From a virus (taxonomy: Duplodnaviria > Caudoviricetes), in IMG/VR virus record IMGVR_UViG_3300025000_000103, positions 1 through 62,005 of that record: a DNA stretch of 62,005 bases; one strand, given 5' to 3'. The first letter of the stretch is position 1; each line of letters opens with the position of its first letter. Under the pieces are notes generated by a model that made no database searches, was not told where the DNA came from, and saw only the letters and a list, made by a program, of their open reading frames with translations. Below are positions 57,028 through 62,005 of this stretch, piece by piece. The position numbers and the translations under genes were made by a program.

Positions 57028-57542
57028 AAGCTCCATGTGTATATGAGATATTAAACAAAGTTAATGGATATAGATATATAGGCGCAACAAATAATTATAA
57101 AGAAAGAAAAAAATCGCATATTAAATGCTTGGTAGACAGAACGCATTATAATAAAAGATTACAAAAAGATTTTGATAAATACGGATTAGAAAATTTTGCG
57201 TTTTCTATTTTAGCATATGCAGAGAAAGGGTTACATACCGGCATAGAGGCACGGGCAATATTGTCTTTCACCAATCTTTATAATGTGATTGTCCCCCATA
57301 TTGCCCCAACAGAGATGATGGTAAAGATAAGAGCGGCCAGGCTTATCCTTGACCCTGAAGACCGCAGGCTTAAAAATCCTGTGACGGATAGCCGCCGCAG
57401 ATTTGGTCATCGGATCATGGCAACGGCTGGGACTGTTGCGAGGTTCGAGAATGATTTTTCCTGTTCCATTGGAAAGCCGATGGAATTAAGGATATTAGCC
57501 CAGATAAAAAAGGCTATGAAAAAGATAGGGGAGACTTTGTAA
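57012..57542 (+). CDS. GIY-YIG nuclease domain protein
   Basis: CVYEILNKVNGYRYIG..R...H..H.N..LQ.D..KYG..E....YN. Confidence 0.8.
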   Translation: MEWKIKAPCVYEILNKVNGYRYIGATNNYKERKKSHIKCLVDRTHYNKRLQKDFDKYGLENFAFSILAYAEKGLHTGIEARAILSFTNLYNVIVPHIAPTEMMVKIRAARLILDPEDRRLKNPVTDSRRRFGHRIMATAGTVARFENDFSCSIGKPMELRILAQIKKAMKKIGETL

Positions 57543-57543
57543 T

Positions 57544-57753
57544 ATGTTAAACCAGCCAATGACAAAAGAAGAGGCAATGAAAAGAAGAGGGTATGACATC
57601 AAAAGATGCGCCTATGAAGTGTCAGGGGACTGGTATTATAGCCAATGTTCTTTCAAAAACGGCCATGGTCCAGACGGTCTATATTGCAAGAGGCATGCAA
57701 AGATGGTTTTGCGCTATAAGACTTATGGCGCAGATCAGGAGGAAATAAAATGA
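57544..57753 (+). CDS. Hypothetical protein
   Basis: QC...GHGPDGLYC..H. Confidence 0.65.
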   Translation: MLNQPMTKEEAMKRRGYDIKRCAYEVSGDWYYSQCSFKNGHGPDGLYCKRHAKMVLRYKTYGADQEEIK

Positions 57754-58007
57754 ACGAGGAATTTACTGTGCTTGATTTCGCCTATGACATTATTGCTATG
57801 CAAAATGAAATTAAATATTTGCGGGGCAAATTGGATCATTATAAAAAATTGTATGACACGCATTGCGAAAGGCTTAATAGTAGCGAGCGTTATACCAAGG
57901 AAATAACTGGTTTAATTTTAAATGCCATTATTGACCCAGAATCTTCAATTAATAAGGGAAATGCAGCAATTATCAGAGAACAGCTTAATAATAAATCTGC
58001 TGAATAG
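57750..58007 (+). CDS. Hypothetical protein
   Basis: ATGA-coupled, AGGAGG RBS. Confidence 0.6.
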   Translation: MNEEFTVLDFAYDIIAMQNEIKYLRGKLDHYKKLYDTHCERLNSSERYTKEITGLILNAIIDPESSINKGNAAIIREQLNNKSAE

Positions 58008-58015
58008 GGGTAACC

Positions 58016-58201
58016 ATGAACTATCTAATCGCTTTTGCTATTACCATTATGGGAACAATCCTTGCGGCTTTGGGCGACTCCCAGAGTATACGGTGGCTCA
58101 TCATTTCAGATGGAAATGTTGCATTGGCTTTGTTCTTCGCTTGGTATTTTGATAAGGGTAAGTTGTCGAGGCCAATCAATATTGTGGTTAATATGAATTA
58201 A
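58016..58201 (+). CDS. Small 2-TM membrane protein
   Basis: Two hydrophobic segments. Confidence 0.5.
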   Translation: MNYLIAFAITIMGTILAALGDSQSIRWLIISDGNVALALFFAWYFDKGKLSRPINIVVNMN

Positions 58202-58299
58202 AGAAATTAGTCAATTACATATCAATACTGAGCGTGACAGCTGATGACATCAGAGAAGCGATGCGGCTGTTGAAAATAAAAAAATAACGGGAGAATGTC

Positions 58300-58479
58300 A
58301 TGGCAAAGAAAAAGAAAGCCAAGTGGGAAATGAAAGCTTTTGACGATCATGACAAATGGATTACGATTTACGCTGGCGATATAATGATAAAGATTGATCA
58401 TGATGATTGCGATCTTGATGAATCTGAGAAAATAGCAAAATTCATTATGTCTGTCGAGGACCAGTACAACAACAAATAG
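58300..58479 (+). CDS. Small hypothetical protein (59 aa, not in ORF track)
   Basis: GGGAG RBS; MAKKKKAKW...IDHDD. Confidence 0.5.
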   Translation: MAKKKKAKWEMKAFDDHDKWITIYAGDIMIKIDHDDCDLDESEKIAKFIMSVEDQYNNK

Positions 58480-58510
58480 TTACCACATCATCAGCCACCC
58501 ACAAAATCAA

Positions 58511-58722
58511 GCCGCCTCTGCGAAAGCACGCGGCTTAAGGCAGTGAAAGCCGGAGAAATACCGGCACTACGCCGCCCCCGTGAGTGGGCAATATAAAAGC
58601 AGTTGATCCTTGGAGGGCACGGCCATGTAACAGACGAGCAGGGGGTGAAAGTCCCGCGCTACGGTTGGAGCGTAGCAAGTTGTTAAAACCCCGCTCCGTT
58701 GAAATACACGGACGCGGGGTTT
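58511..58722 (+). ncRNA. Candidate structured non-coding RNA
   Basis: Serial hairpins with GAAA-containing loops, ending in the AAAACCCCGC..GCGGGGTTTT terminator. Confidence 0.4.
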
Positions 58723-58778
58723 TCGGGTGAAAGCTAAAAAACCATTGCATATTATTCACATTAGGGTACAATGTCCCT

Positions 58779-59039
58779 ATGATTAAGAGAAAAATGAAGG
58801 CGTTCACCGCCGAAGAAATTAGAAAATTGCGGTCGTTTTTCTGCCTGACCCGTACAAAATTTGCAGATTATCTCGGCGTTACTGAACACGCGGTAAAGAG
58901 CTGGGAAGCAGGGCGGCGAAATCCTTCTGCCCCTGTTTCGTATTTGCTACAGGAAATAGAGCAAGAGATGGACGACAAGATAAAAGCGGCCCGTGAAGAT
59001 CATTTTAAGGGCAGGGCGGTTATGACGAATGGAGGATAA
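58779..59039 (+). CDS. XRE-family HTH regulator
   Basis: IRKLR...LTRTKFADYLGVT..AVKSWEAGRRNP; TTGCAT-N16-TACAAT upstream. Confidence 0.88.
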   Translation: MIKRKMKAFTAEEIRKLRSFFCLTRTKFADYLGVTEHAVKSWEAGRRNPSAPVSYLLQEIEQEMDDKIKAAREDHFKGRAVMTNGG

Positions 59040-59319
59040 CAACATGAAAGAATTTAGATCGACAATGAAATGTCCCAAATGCCTTAGATTAAGGTTTATG
59101 GGCGAGATGGATGCATTCAAGTTACGGTATTGCAGCGAGGAAGACCCTTCATGCCCACAAGATTTCATTCAGGTGACATGCCCACAGTGCGGGTTTATGT
59201 TCCTCGAACAATGCGCCGATTCCGGCAGCATTGAAGATCTTCATCGGGAAATTATGCAGGAGTTTAAATCTTCAAATTTTAAACCGATAACACCATTGGT
59301 GGATTGGGAAATTGAATAA
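59029..59319 (+). CDS. Zn-ribbon hypothetical protein
   Basis: CPKC...CPQCG. Confidence 0.6.
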   Translation: MEDNNMKEFRSTMKCPKCLRLRFMGEMDAFKLRYCSEEDPSCPQDFIQVTCPQCGFMFLEQCADSGSIEDLHREIMQEFKSSNFKPITPLVDWEIE

Positions 59320-59551
59320 TAAAATGGAGGTAAAAATAATCTATACCAACGTTGAGATGACATGCGTTGGCCGATACCATCCAGGACTTCCAGCGCAATA
59401 TCCTGTTTTCGCGGAAACTGATCCTGAGTTCGAGGTGCAGGAAATCAAATACATTCCCCGCGAATGGTCAGATTTTGTCATCGAGCTTCACGGGGAAGAA
59501 ATTGGCAAAATGTGCGTTGAGAAGATTTTGAATGAACATGCCGAATATTGA
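59312..59551 (+). CDS. Hypothetical protein
   Basis: In operon; start uncertain. Confidence 0.55.
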   Translation: MNNKMEVKIIYTNVEMTCVGRYHPGLPAQYPVFAETDPEFEVQEIKYIPREWSDFVIELHGEEIGKMCVEKILNEHAEY

Positions 59552-59561
59552 ATAAAAACAC

Positions 59562-59589
59562 TTGACAAAATGTTATAATTTTGTATTAA
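59562..59589 (+). promoter_or_regulatory. Promoter-like sequence with an overlapping palindrome (operator candidate)
   Basis: TTGACA; ACAAAAT-N6-ATTTTGT; TATTAAT. Confidence 0.5.
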
Positions 59590-59615
59590 TGGAGGGAAGC
59601 ATGAAAATGCTAATT

Positions 59616-59980
59616 GAGCCGGGAATCTCAAGAACTTTACAAATTTTGCCCCAGTGTGGCGCGTTCACCTCCTTTGCTTCCCGGCTCAGATTGGCGCGTC
59701 ATGCTGGGGCTTTTTCGTTTCGCATTGTCCTAACCAACATTGACGCCTCGATAAGCCCATTAACGGTCCTGAGTAGAAAGGGTAAACCGCTGAACGGCAG
59801 GACCGTGATTGCCGCAAGAATGACGCATGGCGGAACGGCGGGTCGAATTGCTAGAACCGAGCGTGGGGAGTTTATCTCAAAGTCTGGCATAGCCGAAAGC
59901 GAAGGCTGGCTCCGAAAGGCAGAAATCGCAAAGGCGGACGTTTCCATGGGATAGGTCTGCCTTCAGCTCAGGACTTCACC
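59616..59980 (+). ncRNA. Candidate structured leader/ncRNA
   Basis: Multiple long, partly alternative inverted repeats (see findings). Confidence 0.45.
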
Positions 59981-60657
59981 ATAGGCAGTTAAGATTAAAA
60001 TAGAATATTTACTAGGAGGAATATAATGGGGACAAGAAACCTTACCGCTGTTTTTGCAGATGGAGAATACAAGATCGCACAGTATGGTCAATGGGACGGA
60101 TACCCAGAAGGACAAGGGAAAACCATACTTAAATTCTTGGAAGAAGATGGCAACATCGAAAAGCTTAAATTTGCCATTGCAAGATGCCGATACATGGAGC
60201 CTGAAGGACGCGACAAGGAGTTTTTGGCGGAGTATGAAAAAAACACTCCAGAATGGTCTAACCAACCAGACAACAGAACTGCCGAACAAAAACGATGGTT
60301 TAATACATATATAAGCCGTGATATAGGCGGTGAAATACTTGAAAATATAGCGAACTCGGAAGACAAAGAAATCCTTTTGCGGAACAAAATCAACTTTGCT
60401 GCTGATTCTCTTTTTTGCGAGTGGTGCTATGTTATTGATTTTGACAACAACACATTTGAGGTATTCATTGGGTTCAACCATGATCCTTTGGCAGAAGGAG
60501 ATAGGTTTTATAGTGCCAAGCAAGACGAAGGGAAGAACAAAGAATATTTCCCTGTCAAGTTGATTGCAAAATATTTTCTTAGCGATCTCCCAACACTTGA
60601 AAAATTTTATGAAGATTGCAAAGAAGACGAAGAAGACGAATAGGCAGTTAAGATTAA
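59981..60657 (+). repeat. 18-bp direct repeat flanking gene 60026-60643 (59981-59998 and 60640-60657)
   Basis: ATAGGCAGTTAAGATTAA twice. Confidence 0.9.
60026..60643 (+). CDS. Phage protein of the MGTR..QWDGYP type
   Basis: AGGAGG RBS; MGTRNL, QWDGYPEG, EWCYVIDFD. Confidence 0.8.
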   Translation: MGTRNLTAVFADGEYKIAQYGQWDGYPEGQGKTILKFLEEDGNIEKLKFAIARCRYMEPEGRDKEFLAEYEKNTPEWSNQPDNRTAEQKRWFNTYISRDIGGEILENIANSEDKEILLRNKINFAADSLFCEWCYVIDFDNNTFEVFIGFNHDPLAEGDRFYSAKQDEGKNKEYFPVKLIAKYFLSDLPTLEKFYEDCKEDEEDE

Positions 60658-60658
60658 G

Positions 60659-60877
60659 ATGTTTCCTTGGATAGGAAAGAATATGAAAGAGAAGATTTTG
60701 GCATCAGAAGAAAACGGCAACAGAAAGGTAAAAATAATTGAAAAAAATGGAGGTATCTACCTCTTCACAACCAGAAATGGATACCAATGGTCAACCGCAC
60801 AGGTTGACGACGAAATAATGCGGATGATCAAGAGGGTAATATTTATATATCTGACGGATAGATATTTAACTGATTGA
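60659..60877 (+). CDS. Hypothetical protein
   Basis: ORF track; start may be downstream. Confidence 0.55.
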   Translation: MFPWIGKNMKEKILASEENGNRKVKIIEKNGGIYLFTTRNGYQWSTAQVDDEIMRMIKRVIFIYLTDRYLTD

Positions 60878-60934
60878 TCCCGGTCTTCCCTACATTAAAA
60901 GCCTCTGTTGAGGCGTAACTCTAAGGAGTGGAAA

Positions 60935-61273
60935 ATGAAATCTTACACAGTTGAGCAGTACATCAAAGCTGGTTGCCCGGAAATGGAACACCAGAACATG
61001 ATGGCAGTTCATGGGCTCACTGGAGGCAAAGTATGTGACACCGGCTGCCATGCCTTTGATTCTGGAAAGTGCCCGGCGTATAAGAAGCTCGTGGCTGTAA
61101 AGCTGCAAGTCAAAGCTCCAAAATACAAAAACACCAACAGAGACTTTGCCTCTTCGAATGTCCACTTCATCGCCGCATGCGAGAAGGCCAGTATAAACCC
61201 CACTCAGCGTCAAGCCAGCAAATACCGCAACGGTAAAGGCGCAGCTTTCAAGGCTGAGAGGAAGCAGTCATGA
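60935..61273 (+). CDS. Hypothetical protein
   Basis: AAGGAG RBS; F..ACE.A.I.PT.RQASKYR..KG.A. Confidence 0.65.
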   Translation: MKSYTVEQYIKAGCPEMEHQNMMAVHGLTGGKVCDTGCHAFDSGKCPAYKKLVAVKLQVKAPKYKNTNRDFASSNVHFIAACEKASINPTQRQASKYRNGKGAAFKAERKQS

Positions 61274-61515
61274 GCGAAAAAGACCGAGATACGGAATGCC
61301 TAACATGCTGGGAAGAGCTTGCAGAGTGCAAATGTGGCAACGCAACAGGCTATAGCGATAAAGCTATTTACTGCCCGTATTGCGGCCATGCTAATAATAC
61401 AGGGGACTTTGACATTGACGATGATGACGTATTCACGTGCTTTAGATGCGAAAAAGATTTCATCGTGAGTGTTCATGTATTTTATAAGTGGGAAACCAGG
61501 AGGATGGAGGAATAA
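61270..61515 (+). CDS. Zn-ribbon hypothetical protein
   Basis: CPYCG, CFRC. Confidence 0.65.
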   Translation: MSEKDRDTECLTCWEELAECKCGNATGYSDKAIYCPYCGHANNTGDFDIDDDDVFTCFRCEKDFIVSVHVFYKWETRRMEE

Positions 61516-61516
61516 T

Positions 61517-62005
61517 ATGAGCGATAAAGTTGAAGGGTACAAAGGATTTAATAAACATCTTTCTTGCCGTGGCTATCAATTTGAGGAAGGAAAAACATTT
61601 AAGCACGATGGAGATATATCAATTTGTAATAGTGGTTTTCATTTTTGCGAAAATCCTATTGATATTTTTTCATATTATTCCCCAGATGATAGCGTATTCC
61701 ATATTGTTAGCGGACATGGGAAAACGTTAAAGCACGACGAAGACAGTAAGATCGTGTGTTCAGAAATAACTATCGGCGCATCGATTAGCCTGCATGATTT
61801 TATAGCAGATGGAATTAAATTTTTTTTCAATAGAAAATATAGTAGCAACAACACTAGACATTCCACCGGGGACAGTTCGGCATCTTCAGCCACCGGGTAC
61901 AGTTCGGCATCTTCAGCCACCGGGGACAGTTCGGCATCTTCAGCCACCGGGTACAGGTCGGCATCTTCAGCCACCGGGGACAGGTCGGCATCTTCAGCCA
62001 CCGGG
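61517..62005 (+). CDS. DUF7666-like protein, N-terminal part (continues at position 1)
   Basis: GGAGG RBS; MSDKVEGYKGFNKHLSCRGYQFEEGK..C..GFHFCENP...YY; open to the window end. Confidence 0.85.
   Translation, partial: MSDKVEGYKGFNKHLSCRGYQFEEGKTFKHDGDISICNSGFHFCENPIDIFSYYSPDDSVFHIVSGHGKTLKHDEDSKIVCSEITIGASISLHDFIADGIKFFFNRKYSSNNTRHSTGDSSASSATGYSSASSATGDSSASSATGYRSASSATGDRSASSATG
61862..62005 (+). repeat. 27-bp coding tandem repeat (~5 units) joining the window start
   Basis: Same unit as 2-136; the last 16 nt equal the first 16 nt. Confidence 0.95.

Noticed and set aside
59765-59780. Hammerhead ribozyme (CTGAGTAGAAA)
   Set aside because: Does not match the CUGANGA...GAAA core with an intervening stem
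59562-59954. 130-aa ORF as a real protein
   Set aside because: Starts on the TTG of a -35 box, crosses a terminator-like hairpin and has no recognisable motifs; not fully excluded
58511-59980. Group II intron, retron or diversity-generating retroelement
   Set aside because: No reverse transcriptase motifs in any ORF, no intron domain V, and no template/variable repeat pair with adenine-specific differences seen
61530-62001. ORF-track calls 61530-61730 (+) and 61675-62001 (-)
   Set aside because: Shadow frames of the real gene starting at 61517, which the track missed because it runs off the window

Overview
The window looks like an essentially complete, circular ~62 kb tailed-phage genome. 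The last 16 nt match the first 16 nt inside a 27-bp tandem repeat, and one ORF reads across that junction. The late module (minus strand, ~8.8-46.1 kb) resembles short-tailed F116/933W-like phages: two tRNA-Ser genes, TerS, TerL, portal, scaffold, N4-gp56-type major capsid, adaptors, nozzle, a J-like tail protein, ejection proteins and a 3065-aa polyvalent protein. A leftward replication operon (~49.7-56.7 kb) encodes RusA-like, HNH, initiator-like, SF2 helicase and Toprim primase proteins. Rightward early operons encode HTH regulators, GIY-YIG, a putative annealase, a ThyA-fold enzyme, NinB-like, SGNH esterase and MazG-like proteins. I recognised no integrase, DNA polymerase or endolysin. The most notable observations are: (1) a Ser/Thr-repeat protein, glycosyltransferase and acetyltransferase cassette between portal and scaffold (candidate virion glycosylation system); (2) a block of signal-peptide-bearing beta-helix proteins in the late operon; (3) a DDxxD prenyltransferase-like gene next to an MGCG-starting ejection protein; (4) an 8/4-fold allo-tRNA-Ser; (5) attC-half-like and direct-repeat motifs bounding small accessory genes; (6) two structured non-coding regions. 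All family calls come from motif recognition by eye; no searches were run.
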